DNA of 64,000 nucleotides from Candidatus Ozemobacteraceae bacterium (GCA_965140445.1 OZ223236.1:5056001-5120000), one strand, 5' to 3'; numbered from the stretch's first letter, positions 27,480 through 38,036 are shown. Made by a program: numbers and translations. The notes: generated by a model from the sequence alone, not told the origin.

Positions 27480-30467
27480 CTAGAATAGACTTAACTGATG
27501 TCTTTCTGGATAAAGTTTATCTAAAATTTCACCCATAAACTTAATTCTAGCATTTGTATCTCCGATAGCTTCAAATCTAAATCCGAGATAAATACCTGAA
27601 TAGTTTTTGCCAGAAGATGAAGAATCGCTAATGTAAATACCAGCACCTCGTCCGTCTGGGGTTTCTACAAAAAGTTTTCCGGGAGCAACTGTTTTCATGA
27701 TTGTTATATCAGAAGCAGTTCTCGCTGATTCATCTCCATTGATAGCAAGTGTCAAATCAGATTTTCCTTTGCATACAAGGTCATCGAAATCTTTTTCATC
27801 ATCGATATAAGTAAATCTGAAATATTTCTTTAGAAGCTCTCTATGAACATTAGATTGTTCAAAAGACTGAGCAGCAATTAGCAAATCTCCGCCCTTGGAC
27901 ATATAATCCATAAGATCATCTGAGCTAGGTGAAAGCTGCCCCATACTGCTAGCAGAAACGCTGTCAGTAATTACAACACCCTTACCTGCAAATTTGCTGA
28001 GAATATTCTTAAATTTGAAACCAAACACTGAAGGATCCCAGAGAACCTGGAATTTGATGTTATTAGCTCTGAGCGCTTCAACCATCAAAGGCAAGGTCAT
28101 AGGGTCCTGAACCATCTGGCCGCAAAGCAGAACATCAGCTTTTCGGTTAAATTCTGGTGTTTTTTCCAAAAATTCGTCCCAGCAAGTATCTTTCGCAAAC
28201 TTCATTGCTTTGTAGTTAGTTCTGAAGTTATAAGCAGGAGTAAAGTAAACGGATAGTCCACGACTATCTCCCATTCCCTGGGTATGCCCTTCAATTACTA
28301 CAGGTGACTGCTCTGGGAATTTGGAAACAATCAAATATTCTTTCCCTTGTTTAGCAGAACGCTTATCAAGAGCTTTTCCATCCTGACGAATGATTTGATA
28401 ATTGATTTCATTTACAAAAACTCTTTTTTCCAAAGCTTCATCAACTACTGGCTGGAAAGGACCGATCTTGGTATAGTATCCGCCACCCTGAAGTTTTTTC
28501 AAAGGTGTCATTGCCAACCTTGATCTGAAAACTCTTGTTCCTGAAGGCCAAAGTTCTCTAGGAGGCATTCTCCATCCGTTGAAACCCCAGACAACAACGC
28601 CTGGTTTATCACTGGTGATTATTACTGGCTTGGAAAGTTTATCGTTACTTACCGGATAACCAATAGTTTCAACAATTTCCACACAAGTGTTTCTAATTTC
28701 TGATGGAATATCTGAAATTTTAGCAAATCTGATTGCCAGATCTGTAAGATCAACAAGTGATTCGTCGGAATATCTTCTAACTGCACCTATTGATGCGCCC
28801 TCATTAACCATCAAATCAGCATAAGCTTCATGATTATCAAGAAGTGCTCTACCAAGCTTATCAAACAATTTCACAAGCTTTGTAATTTTGCTCAAATCTA
28901 TAGCAGACTTAGTTACAGGCGAGCCTTGAACAACCTGATTGGTTGCAGAGCCACCTTTTGCATATGAATACACATATGTTCCTACCATGCGCTTTGACAA
29001 TTCCCTGGCACTCAATCCTGGGTTCTTAGCTAATGGAGCAAGGTAATCGGCATAAGGCATCCCCTCACCGGGTTCAGTTTCTTCTGAGGCGATCATGAAT
29101 TCGGTAGAATCCGCCAGCTCATAGGCAACTTCAATAGTTCCCATTAGACAAGCATCAAAATCAACTATTGCAAATTTCGAAGCCTTTTTATTAACTTTAT
29201 TGAGGACTTTTTGCCCTTCTCTTAATGCCCAGGCTACATCCTGAACGCGAATATATTCATTTGATTCTTCATCGTGAGCAATACCTGACCAGCCCATACC
29301 ATGGTTCCATACAACCACGGCAACATTATCAGCTGGATAAGTTTCAACGCCCCATTTCAAAAATTCAGCAAGAGTAACTTTATTCCCCATGTTCTGCTCA
29401 CCAAGGTTCATAACCATCTTGCTTGAAATTTTGCTCATCGTATTGTCTTTGGTTACGTAATAGCGACGAGTTCCAGTCCAGTTTCCATCAGAAATAGAAT
29501 CTCCCTTTCCACCTCTGAGACGATCGACCTGAACCACAATATTCAAATCTTTTGTGCTTCCAACCTGTTCCATTTCGTTGATGTCCTGAAGACCAAATCT
29601 TTCAAGATCATTGTCTGCACAAACATATACAAGGAAAGTCCATTTTTTTCTTCCCTGTTTTCCGGGGGCTGTAGGGTTAGCACCTTCAGTTTCAAAAGCC
29701 ACTGCGTGCTGTGCGTCATCATACCAATAAATTGGGAAATCTGTTGGAGATACGCCTTTATACATTTCTTCTACAGCTGCAAATCTATCTTTTTTAGAGT
29801 TTGCTTTCATTGTAGCTGCAATACCGGACCAATATTCTGCTAACTTCTGGTATGCCGCCTTTGTTTTTTCGGTTTTTGAATTAGCTGCCTGAAATTTTCT
29901 TCTGGATTCAATTTTTTTAACAAGGTCTGAATAAGCTAAATCCAGTGGAAATGGAGATTGTTTAAGGATTGCTGGTAAAATGCGGCTGATCGTAGGATTA
30001 TCTTTCATTTTATCAAAAGACTGATCCGTCAACTCTTCTGCTTTAGCAGCATAGTTCGCAAAAAATTCGGCTTTATAATCGCCACGAATATTGCTGATAA
30101 AATTGTTTTTTAACTGCTTGGAAAAATCTTTCAAAATCTCGCTTAAAAGAGGATCTGTGCGTTTGTCACCAATATACTCTAACGTGATTTTCCTTGTCCA
30201 GACTTCACGGAGCAAGGAAAGTCGTTCAATCAATTCCTGCTGATCTTTTTCAGAAACAGAGGATTTGGTAGTAGTCCGTTTGGTCGAAGAAGCCTTTTTG
30301 GCTCGTTTTGTTTTGGTAGTAGCCTTCTTGGTTGTCTTTTTAGCGCCAGTTGTTTTCTTTTTTACTGTCTTCTTTTTAGTGGAAGATGCTGCCGTTGCGG
30401 CCCAAGCTGAAGTTGCAACAAGCATGTGTAAAACAATTATCAAAACTGGCAACAAACGCTTTCTCAT
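27480..30467 (-). CDS. Secreted clostripain-family (C11) cysteine peptidase, multidomain
   Basis: Signal peptide; KWTFLVYVCADNDLE, DINEME, WNHGMGW (His), DFDACLMG (Cys), ASEETEPG. Confidence 0.88.
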   Translation of the reverse strand: MRKRLLPVLIIVLHMLVATSAWAATAASSTKKKTVKKKTTGAKKTTKKATTKTKRAKKASSTKRTTTKSSVSEKDQQELIERLSLLREVWTRKITLEYIGDKRTDPLLSEILKDFSKQLKNNFISNIRGDYKAEFFANYAAKAEELTDQSFDKMKDNPTISRILPAILKQSPFPLDLAYSDLVKKIESRRKFQAANSKTEKTKAAYQKLAEYWSGIAATMKANSKKDRFAAVEEMYKGVSPTDFPIYWYDDAQHAVAFETEGANPTAPGKQGRKKWTFLVYVCADNDLERFGLQDINEMEQVGSTKDLNIVVQVDRLRGGKGDSISDGNWTGTRRYYVTKDNTMSKISSKMVMNLGEQNMGNKVTLAEFLKWGVETYPADNVAVVVWNHGMGWSGIAHDEESNEYIRVQDVAWALREGQKVLNKVNKKASKFAIVDFDACLMGTIEVAYELADSTEFMIASEETEPGEGMPYADYLAPLAKNPGLSARELSKRMVGTYVYSYAKGGSATNQVVQGSPVTKSAIDLSKITKLVKLFDKLGRALLDNHEAYADLMVNEGASIGAVRRYSDESLVDLTDLAIRFAKISDIPSEIRNTCVEIVETIGYPVSNDKLSKPVIITSDKPGVVVWGFNGWRMPPRELWPSGTRVFRSRLAMTPLKKLQGGGYYTKIGPFQPVVDEALEKRVFVNEINYQIIRQDGKALDKRSAKQGKEYLIVSKFPEQSPVVIEGHTQGMGDSRGLSVYFTPAYNFRTNYKAMKFAKDTCWDEFLEKTPEFNRKADVLLCGQMVQDPMTLPLMVEALRANNIKFQVLWDPSVFGFKFKNILSKFAGKGVVITDSVSASSMGQLSPSSDDLMDYMSKGGDLLIAAQSFEQSNVHRELLKKYFRFTYIDDEKDFDDLVCKGKSDLTLAINGDESARTASDITIMKTVAPGKLFVETPDGRGAGIYISDSSSSGKNYSGIYLGFRFEAIGDTNARIKFMGEILDKLYPERHQLSLF

Positions 30468-30694
30468 ATTCAGTTCTCCTTACAAATAGCGTTGGTTAAG
30501 CTGTACATTTTGGTTAATTATACTAACTTTTCCTTAACTTGTGAACAACGTAGAGAGAATAAAAAAAATTGAGTTTTTCCCTGGTCTGTTATAAATTCAT
30601 GGCTAGTGTATGTACCCAGTTGATTCTTAGGGGTTCACATATTTAATTTTTTCAGGTATAAACAATAAAAATAATTTTCATGGAGTAAAGATTG

Positions 30695-31852
30695 ATGAAT
30701 CTGGTTTACATTTCACCACATTATCCAGCACACTTTTCGCAGTTTATTGAATCCTTAGCTAAATATGGCATAAGAGTTTTTGGAATTACAGATGTTCCTG
30801 ATGAAGCGCTTGAGCCTAGAGTAAGAAATTCACTAGCAGGGCATTTTAAGGTTGAACGACTTGAAAATGAAAAACAAGTTCTGGATGCTTGCCACTATTT
30901 TAATCATCATCTGGGAAAAATTGACCGAGTTGAATCACATCTTGAACCATGGATTGAGCTAGAAGCCGCTGTTAGAAAAGAATTTGACGTAACCGGGCCC
31001 AAGCCGGATGATCTTCGCTTTATGAAACAGAAATCAATGATGAAAGAAGTTTTCAAAAAAGCCAAAATCCCTGTGGCTAAGGGTGTGATAGTTGAAGATA
31101 TTAAACAATGTAAAAAATTCATTAATAATAAATTTCCTGTCTTCATTAAACCTGACATTGGAGTAGGCGCGGATGATACTTACACCATACGATCAGAAAA
31201 AGATCTTGAAGATTTCTTTAAAGTAAAAAAAGATTACAAGTATTTCATGGAAGAATATGTTGATGGTGATATCGAATCTTTTGATGGCCTTACCGACAAG
31301 GAAGGAAACATTGTTTTCTTTACATCACACATTTTCAGCAATGATATTCACAATGTTGTAAAAAACAACGAAAACTGTTGGTATTACTCTGTTAGAAAAG
31401 TGCCAGCTGACCTTGAGAAATTTGGAAGAGCTACAGTCAAAGCAGCCAATATCAAAGAAAAATTCTTCCATATTGAATATTTTAGACTCGCAGACGGAAC
31501 ACTTAAAGCCCTTGAAATAAACATGAGACCTCCAGGAGGCCTTTCAACTCACATGTTCAACTTCGCTTGCGACATTGATGTTTATGACTGGTGGGCATCT
31601 ATGATGGCTGGCAACGATCCAAAAAGAGAATACGAAAGAAAATACCATTGTGCATTCATTGGCAGAAAACATAACCGAGGCTACGCAATTTCTCATGACG
31701 ATCTTTATGCAAAGTGGGGAGAGAAAATAGCACATAGCCAACCAATGAACCCATTCGAATATAAAGTAATGGGCCACTGGGGATATCTTGCCAGAAGCGA
31801 AAATGAAAAAGAAATGAAAGAAATCATCAACGATATTATCAGGGAGGCCTGA
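30695..31852 (+). CDS. ATP-grasp domain protein
   Basis: KSMMKEVF, PVFIKPDIGVGA, YFMEEYVDG, FFHIEYF, LEINMRPPGG. Confidence 0.88.
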   Translation: MNLVYISPHYPAHFSQFIESLAKYGIRVFGITDVPDEALEPRVRNSLAGHFKVERLENEKQVLDACHYFNHHLGKIDRVESHLEPWIELEAAVRKEFDVTGPKPDDLRFMKQKSMMKEVFKKAKIPVAKGVIVEDIKQCKKFINNKFPVFIKPDIGVGADDTYTIRSEKDLEDFFKVKKDYKYFMEEYVDGDIESFDGLTDKEGNIVFFTSHIFSNDIHNVVKNNENCWYYSVRKVPADLEKFGRATVKAANIKEKFFHIEYFRLADGTLKALEINMRPPGGLSTHMFNFACDIDVYDWWASMMAGNDPKREYERKYHCAFIGRKHNRGYAISHDDLYAKWGEKIAHSQPMNPFEYKVMGHWGYLARSENEKEMKEIINDIIREA

Positions 31853-32658
31853 TGAAGCGCGAATACAGAAGCATTCCCAGTAAATCTCTGGGAAAACCTA
31901 TGGAAATGCTGGTTTACGGTGAAAGCGGCAAACCATTTCTTGTTTTCCCTTCACAGGAAGGACGATTCTTTGATTACGAAAACTTTGGAATGATAGACAT
32001 CCTGTCTCCATTCATAGAGTCTGGCAAAATTCAGGTTTATTGCATTGATAGTATCGACCACGAAAGCTGGTTCGCAAAGATCAGTCCCGCCGACAAAGCC
32101 AGAAGAGCAAACGATTATGACTGGTGCGTAGCAAATGAAGTAGTTCCACACATTCTCGCTGATGGGCACGAAGGTGCTGGAATAATAGTTCACGGATGCA
32201 GCTTTGGCGGCTTTCACACAGCTAACTTCTTTCTTAAACACCCTGAACACTTTGACATAGGTTTATCACTTAGTGGTTGCTACAGCATAGACTTCACAAT
32301 CGAAGGCTTTGTAAACGATGACGTATATTTCAACGATCCACTTAAGTATGCTCCAAATCTCACCGACAAGAAAAAGATTGCTCAGCTTCAGGAAAATCTT
32401 TTGATTGTTTGCAGTGGTCAAGGCGCATGGGAAGAATGGGTTGGAGAAGCTATGCAGCTTTGCGGAAGCCTTAAGTCAAACAATATCCCGGTTCTTCTTG
32501 ATTTATGGGGATATGATGTTGAGCATGATTGGCCATGGTGGAAAAAAATGATTGTATACTTCCTCGGAAAAATGGATAGAGCTGGATTTCTATCTTCAAA
32601 CCATAGGCTCAATAAAAAACAATCTGCGGATTTTCTAAAAAAATTCGGCACGATTTAA
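31852..32658 (+). CDS. Putative esterase (alpha/beta fold), coupled to the ATP-grasp gene
   Basis: YGESGKPFLVFPSQEG, GCSFGG nucleophile, WGYDVEHDWPWW; TGATG overlap. Confidence 0.85.
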   Translation: MKREYRSIPSKSLGKPMEMLVYGESGKPFLVFPSQEGRFFDYENFGMIDILSPFIESGKIQVYCIDSIDHESWFAKISPADKARRANDYDWCVANEVVPHILADGHEGAGIIVHGCSFGGFHTANFFLKHPEHFDIGLSLSGCYSIDFTIEGFVNDDVYFNDPLKYAPNLTDKKKIAQLQENLLIVCSGQGAWEEWVGEAMQLCGSLKSNNIPVLLDLWGYDVEHDWPWWKKMIVYFLGKMDRAGFLSSNHRLNKKQSADFLKKFGTI

Positions 32659-32669
32659 TATTAGATCCA

Positions 32670-32703
32670 AAAAGCGGTCAGATTATCAAATCTGGCCGCT
32701 TTT
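32670..32703 (+). terminator. Intrinsic terminator (hairpin family A)
   Basis: AAAAGCGGTCAGAT..ATCTGGCCGCTTTT. Confidence 0.75.
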
Positions 32704-32776
32704 CTTTTTTCTCGGGTCTGTACTTAAAATGCAATTTATGTTAAAAATGTGAAAATCTTCAGGAAGGAAACAGATT

Positions 32777-33949
32777 ATGAACCGCAAATTAAAGCCAGCA
32801 TCAAGAGTTATTGAATTGCCCCCATATTTGTTTAAAGAAATAGATGACAAAAAAGAAGAACTAAAATCACAAGGCAAAGAACTTCTTAATTTTGGAATAG
32901 GCGATCCAGATCTTCCGACGCCTGATTTTGCAGTAAAAGCGCTAAGTGAATCTTCAGCACTTAATGAAAACCAAAAATATCCGGCTTATAATGGTTCAAA
33001 AGCATTCAGAAAAGCCGTAGCGGAATACATGCTTGAGCGTTTTGACGTAAAGGTTTGCCCAGATTCCGAGATAACTTCTCTAATAGGATCAAAAGAAGGA
33101 CTGGCTCATTTTTCATGGGCTTTCTTGGAAGCCGGAGACATTGCATTAGTACCTGACCCAGGATATCCCGTCTATGCAACAACAGCAAAATTCTCAGGGG
33201 CAGACGTTTATGAAATGCCACTTCTGGAAGAAAATAACTTTTTCCCTGATTTGGAAAAAATCCCTACAGAGATTGTTGCCAAAGCCAAAGCTATTTTCAT
33301 CAACTATCCAAACAATCCTAGTGGAGCAATTGCAACAAAAGAACAAATGCAAAAACTGATTGATTGGGCGGTAAAACACCAGATCATAGTAGTTTCAGAT
33401 GCTGCATACGCTGAAATGGTTTTTGATAAAAAAGATAGGTACAGCCTTCTCTCAATCCCGGGGGCAGAGAAGGTTGTTCTTGAGTTCCACTCATTCAGTA
33501 AAACATTTAACATGACTGGATGGAGATTAGGATTTGCAGTTGGAAATAAAGATCTGATCCAGGGACTGGTGAAAATTAAAACAAACGTAGATTCCGGAGT
33601 TTTTGATGCGGTTCAGATAGCCGGAATAAAAGCACTTAAAATGCTTCCACCATTTGTTGACGAGTTAATAGCTGAATATAAAAAACGTAGAGATTGCTTA
33701 ATTCAGGTGCTAAAAAAAGTTGGAATGAGTTATTTTACACCCGCAGGAACCTTCTATGTTTTAGCCAGGTGTCCAGATGGGTACACGTCAAAAGAATACA
33801 CAATAAAATTGATGGATGAATGCGGAGTAGTTACAACCCCAGGTTCTGGTTTTGGAAAATCCGGCGAAGGATATGTTCGATTTGCCTTAACCCAACCAGT
33901 AGAAGTAATTGAAAAGTTATTCGCCAAACTCTCAAACCTGGAAAAATAG
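32777..33949 (+). CDS. dapL: LL-diaminopimelate aminotransferase-like class I/II PLP enzyme
   Basis: LPPYLFKEID, GIGDPDLPTP, LIGSKEG, NYPNNPSG, SFSKTFNMTGWRLG, KTNVDSGVF. Confidence 0.8.
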   Translation: MNRKLKPASRVIELPPYLFKEIDDKKEELKSQGKELLNFGIGDPDLPTPDFAVKALSESSALNENQKYPAYNGSKAFRKAVAEYMLERFDVKVCPDSEITSLIGSKEGLAHFSWAFLEAGDIALVPDPGYPVYATTAKFSGADVYEMPLLEENNFFPDLEKIPTEIVAKAKAIFINYPNNPSGAIATKEQMQKLIDWAVKHQIIVVSDAAYAEMVFDKKDRYSLLSIPGAEKVVLEFHSFSKTFNMTGWRLGFAVGNKDLIQGLVKIKTNVDSGVFDAVQIAGIKALKMLPPFVDELIAEYKKRRDCLIQVLKKVGMSYFTPAGTFYVLARCPDGYTSKEYTIKLMDECGVVTTPGSGFGKSGEGYVRFALTQPVEVIEKLFAKLSNLEK

Positions 33950-33970
33950 ATCTAAGATAGAAACCATGGA

Positions 33971-34004
33971 AAAAGCGGTCAGACTTGTTTGTCTGACCGC
34001 TTTT
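33971..34004 (+). terminator. Intrinsic terminator (hairpin family A)
   Basis: AAAAGCGGTCAGAC-TTGTTT-GTCTGACCGCTTTT. Confidence 0.8.
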
Positions 34005-34070
34005 ATATACTGGACTTTACTACTTACAGAATATACAATTAAATAAATTCAACTTCGGAATGCTAATTAA

Positions 34071-34685
34071 ATGCCAGTCAGTCTAACCTGTCCTTCTTGT
34101 GGAAATATTATAAATCAAATGACCAGATCTCCTCAGCTGGTAGTTTGTCCTGCTTGCAACACTACAAGCTTTCTGCAAAACGGGAGAATGGAAGATGCTG
34201 GAAAAGCCGCCGTTTTAACTGATGAGCCTAGTATTTTTCAGCTTCACCACAGCTATAAATTTGGTGATTGGAAATTTACCCCGGTAGGACGACTTAGATA
34301 TGCTTACGGCGATGATGAAGGCATCTGGGACGAATGGTTCGTTCGTAGCGACAACGGCAAGGAAACATGGATTTCGGTAGATGAAGGAGAAATCGCCATA
34401 GAAAGTCTTGTAGCGAACAACCTGAATCTTCCATCCTTTAATGAGATTCAGGTTGGTGGAGTTCTTCTGGTGAACAGACAACGACTGACAGTAATAGAAA
34501 AAAACACATGTATTTGCCTGGGCGCAACAGGACAAATTCCTTTTATTATCCACCCCAATGAAACTTACCAGTATATTGACCTGCTTGGCCCCAAAAGACT
34601 TTCTTTCAGCCTAGAGTTTAAAGCTGGAAGTGTTGATGTGTACAAAGGCATCTGGATAGATCCCTTCGAGATAAAAGAGGTCTGA
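34071..34685 (+). CDS. DUF4178-like protein with Zn ribbon
   Basis: CPSCG..CPAC; GRLRYAY..WDEWFV..WISVDEG. Confidence 0.75.
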   Translation: MPVSLTCPSCGNIINQMTRSPQLVVCPACNTTSFLQNGRMEDAGKAAVLTDEPSIFQLHHSYKFGDWKFTPVGRLRYAYGDDEGIWDEWFVRSDNGKETWISVDEGEIAIESLVANNLNLPSFNEIQVGGVLLVNRQRLTVIEKNTCICLGATGQIPFIIHPNETYQYIDLLGPKRLSFSLEFKAGSVDVYKGIWIDPFEIKEV

Positions 34686-35965
34686 TGAATCCTGCAAAAC
34701 CAAAACTTAGAGCTATAAAATGCACCCAATGTGGCGGAGCAATTGAACTCAATGGCGGAAGAAAAATTCTGTCAATTGTTTGCCAATATTGTGGAACTTG
34801 CCTGGATGCCAAAAAAGAATTTGCGCCGCTTTATCAATTCGCAAACCAAAAGAAGCCGTATATGCCGATTAAGATAGGAAAAACCGGCAAACTTAAAGGC
34901 GTGCAATTCGTTGCAATAGGCGTGATTCAATACGAACAATATGATGACGGAGAAATGTATAGATGGCTGGAGTATCTCATGTTCTCCGGGACTCACGGTT
35001 ATGCGTGGTTATGCTTTGAGGATGGCCATTGGGTATTAATGCATGAAGTAAAAGACATCCCAGATGATCCAATAGAATTTTCTCTGCCAAGAAAAACCAG
35101 CTTCAAGGTTCGGGATAAAACATTTAAATCTTTTGAATCTGGAAGCGCGCAAATTGCTTTTGTGGAAGGTGAAATGACATGGCAGGCCAGGCAAAAGGAA
35201 AAAATCATCTTCATGGATGCTGTTTGTCCTCCCTACATTTATTCAATGGAAAAAAGAGGATCTGAAATAGAATTTTTCTGGGGGGAGTATATCCCACACA
35301 CAGAAATAGCTGAAAGCTTTAAAATTGAAGTTTATGAGCCAACCGGTGTTTTCAGCTGTCAGCCCTTTGGTGCACCTCCAATCCTTAAATCCATTTCTTA
35401 CGGGGCAATCATTGCTGCCGTTATAACTATTTTTGCTTACTTTGCAATATCAACTGATGGCAAGAATATCTTTTCACATCGCTTTTCAAAAAATGTCTTC
35501 AAAGATGGCGAAGAGTCTAAAGTATTTAAAATAAACAACCCGGATGTTCTATGCGGAGTAACAGTCAATGCAAGAATGAACAACGCCTGGGCCGCATATG
35601 ACCTTACTGTTTTAGATAAAAATGGCGAAAACACATATTTTTCTTTGCCTGCTGAAGTTTCATATTATGAAGGAGTTGAAGACGGCGAGAGATGGTCAGA
35701 GGACTACACAACGACAACCGCTTACTTTAAACTTCCAGAAAAGGGTGAATACAAAATTTCCATGGAAGGCGAAGGTGGTTATAATGAGTCTACCAGCCCT
35801 GGATTTTCAGTTTCCACTGACGTCAGTATTGCCGAGAAAGTCAGGCTGGGACATTACACTCTCGCATGGTTCGCTCTTTGTCTGGTTATTGCATTACCTT
35901 ATCAAATCTGGAGCTGGAGTTTCGAGAACAAACGTTGGAATGACGGCGAGGAGGATGACGACTAA
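34685..35965 (+). CDS. DUF4178-like membrane protein with Zn ribbon
   Basis: CTQCGG..CQYCG; WLEYL..GYAWL..GHW; VEGE; SYYEGVEDGERWSE; two TMs. Confidence 0.8.
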   Translation: MNPAKPKLRAIKCTQCGGAIELNGGRKILSIVCQYCGTCLDAKKEFAPLYQFANQKKPYMPIKIGKTGKLKGVQFVAIGVIQYEQYDDGEMYRWLEYLMFSGTHGYAWLCFEDGHWVLMHEVKDIPDDPIEFSLPRKTSFKVRDKTFKSFESGSAQIAFVEGEMTWQARQKEKIIFMDAVCPPYIYSMEKRGSEIEFFWGEYIPHTEIAESFKIEVYEPTGVFSCQPFGAPPILKSISYGAIIAAVITIFAYFAISTDGKNIFSHRFSKNVFKDGEESKVFKINNPDVLCGVTVNARMNNAWAAYDLTVLDKNGENTYFSLPAEVSYYEGVEDGERWSEDYTTTTAYFKLPEKGEYKISMEGEGGYNESTSPGFSVSTDVSIAEKVRLGHYTLAWFALCLVIALPYQIWSWSFENKRWNDGEEDDD

Positions 35966-36150
35966 TGAATAAACTTAGCCTGGTTTTTGCCTGCATCTTT
36001 TGTGCAATTACCGCCTGGGCCGTGGGAATGGATTACGCCTTTCCTCAAGGTTTTAATTCCACCCCACAGGTAAAGAAAATTAAAAATGTTAGAGATGGCA
36101 GCGTCTATGTCTCCGGTCGGAGACATACTGGTTTTATGCATGGTAAGTAA
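35965..36150 (+). CDS. Small membrane protein of the DUF4178/DUF350 cluster
   Basis: 61 aa; N-terminal TM; C-terminal GFMHGK; translationally coupled. Confidence 0.7.
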   Translation: MNKLSLVFACIFCAITAWAVGMDYAFPQGFNSTPQVKKIKNVRDGSVYVSGRRHTGFMHGK

Positions 36151-36191
36151 AGTTATCATGCAAATAAGAAAATAATTTACTGGAGTTTTTT

Positions 36192-36416
36192 ATGGAAGGC
36201 AAAATAGCCGAATTAGCACTTCAACCTATTCTATCAACCATCGTATATTCTGTTATTGGACTTGTTATTTATATTATCGCCTTTTGGCTTATCTGCAAGA
36301 TTTCACCTTTCTCAGTTAGAAAAGAAATTGAAATCGATCAAAATACATCTTTGGGTATAATTATTGGTTCAGTAATGATAGGTCTATCAATTATAATTGC
36401 AGCTGCTATTCACTAA
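36192..36416 (+). CDS. DUF350 family membrane protein
   Basis: SPFSVRKEIEIDQNTSLGIIIGSVMIGLSIIIAAAI. Confidence 0.88.
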   Translation: MEGKIAELALQPILSTIVYSVIGLVIYIIAFWLICKISPFSVRKEIEIDQNTSLGIIIGSVMIGLSIIIAAAIH

Positions 36417-36491
36417 TAAAAATTAAACGATACACCCTATGGCTGAGAACATTTGTTCTCAGCCTTTCATAATTCCACTAAGAGGTGCCCT

Positions 36492-38036
36492 TTGCAGATA
36501 TTCTTGTTATTCTCCATCTTTTTGATAGCAGTATGTGGAATCGTTTACGAATTGCTGGCAGGAACTATTTCCAGTTATCTTATCGGGGATTCTGTATATC
36601 AATTTTCTCTGGTAATAGGGCTATTCATGAGCTCAATGGGACTTGGGTCTTTTCTATCCCGCTTCATTGAAAAAAAACTTGCAGACTGGTTCATCTTAAT
36701 CGAAATCTTAACGGGAGTTGTTGGCGGATTAAGCCCAATAATACTCTTCATTGCATTTGCACAGCTGGATAACTACACACCTTTTCTTTTCATTATTTCT
36801 ATATCTGTTGGAACCTTCATCGGTCTTGAAATACCAATCATTCTAAGAATCCTTAAAGAACACACCACCTTAAAGTTGCTGGTTTCCAATGTAATGACCG
36901 CAGATTATATAGGAGCACTTTTTGCCTCTCTACTTTTCCCTTTGGTTCTAGTCCCTTATCTTGGTTTGGTTAAAACAGGACTTTTCTTTGGACTAATGAA
37001 TGTTGGCGTTGCAGGAGGTGCTATTTATGTATTCAGAGACAAACTTGCAAGCGCAAAGTCACTGAAATTTGCATTTGCAAGTGCCGTAATTATGCTGATT
37101 ACATGCTTTTTCCTATCAAATAGAATAACCTCTATGGCCGAAGATTCTCTTTATAAAGGAGAAATTCTTTATGCGGCCAACTCTCCTTACCAGAGAGTAG
37201 TAGTAACAAGAAGCAAAAATGACTTCAGAATGTTCATCAATGGAAGTATTCAATTTAGCTCTCAGGATGAATACAGATACCACGAATCTCTTGTACATCC
37301 TGCAATGGCGGCAACACCCAATCGAAATTCAGTATTAGTAATTGGCGGAGGTGACGGACTTGCTGCTCGCGAAATTCTTAAATACGATGACGTGGAAAAA
37401 CTTACTGTTATAGATATTGATCCAGCTATAACCAATTTTGCGCGAAACAATTCTTTAATGAGAAAATTGAATAATGATTCTTTTAGAAACCCAAAAGTGA
37501 CGATAATCAATGCTGACGCGTGGAAAAAGCTTGAAGAGATTCAGGATTTTTTCGATGTAATTATTATTGATCTTCCCGATCCCGACGATCTTACCCTTAG
37601 TCGCCTTTATTCGAGAACATTTTATAGACTAATCGCCAATAAACTTTCCCGACATGGGATAATAGTCACTCAAGCGACTTCACCACTGTATTCCCATAAA
37701 GCTTTCTGGTGCATTTTTAATACGCTTAAAAGCATAGAAAATCCTTTCGAAATAGATATCCCAGGCACATCTGAAAGTAAAAAGCTACATGCGGCTGCAT
37801 ACCATGCCTATATTCCTTCCTTTGGAGAATGGGGATTTGTAATGGCCTCACCCATGCCAATACTCTGGAATAAACTGAGAATATCCGTATCAACCAAATT
37901 CCTTTCCAATGATTTTCTACCTTCAATGACCAATTTTCCAGAAGACATTGGTCATGTAGATACTTTGCTCAATACTATCAATACCCACTCAGTTAAGGTA
38001 TATTACGAAGAAGGCTGGGATTCATGGACTCTTTAA
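36492..38036 (+). CDS. speE: Polyamine aminopropyltransferase (spermidine synthase) with N-terminal membrane domain
   Basis: CGIVYEL..SYLIGD; SPYQ; DEYRYHESLVHP; VIGGGDGLAAREIL; DLPDPD; PSFGEWGF; TTG start behind AGAGG (frame open from 36453). Confidence 0.88.
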   Translation: MQIFLLFSIFLIAVCGIVYELLAGTISSYLIGDSVYQFSLVIGLFMSSMGLGSFLSRFIEKKLADWFILIEILTGVVGGLSPIILFIAFAQLDNYTPFLFIISISVGTFIGLEIPIILRILKEHTTLKLLVSNVMTADYIGALFASLLFPLVLVPYLGLVKTGLFFGLMNVGVAGGAIYVFRDKLASAKSLKFAFASAVIMLITCFFLSNRITSMAEDSLYKGEILYAANSPYQRVVVTRSKNDFRMFINGSIQFSSQDEYRYHESLVHPAMAATPNRNSVLVIGGGDGLAAREILKYDDVEKLTVIDIDPAITNFARNNSLMRKLNNDSFRNPKVTIINADAWKKLEEIQDFFDVIIIDLPDPDDLTLSRLYSRTFYRLIANKLSRHGIIVTQATSPLYSHKAFWCIFNTLKSIENPFEIDIPGTSESKKLHAAAYHAYIPSFGEWGFVMASPMPILWNKLRISVSTKFLSNDFLPSMTNFPEDIGHVDTLLNTINTHSVKVYYEEGWDSWTL

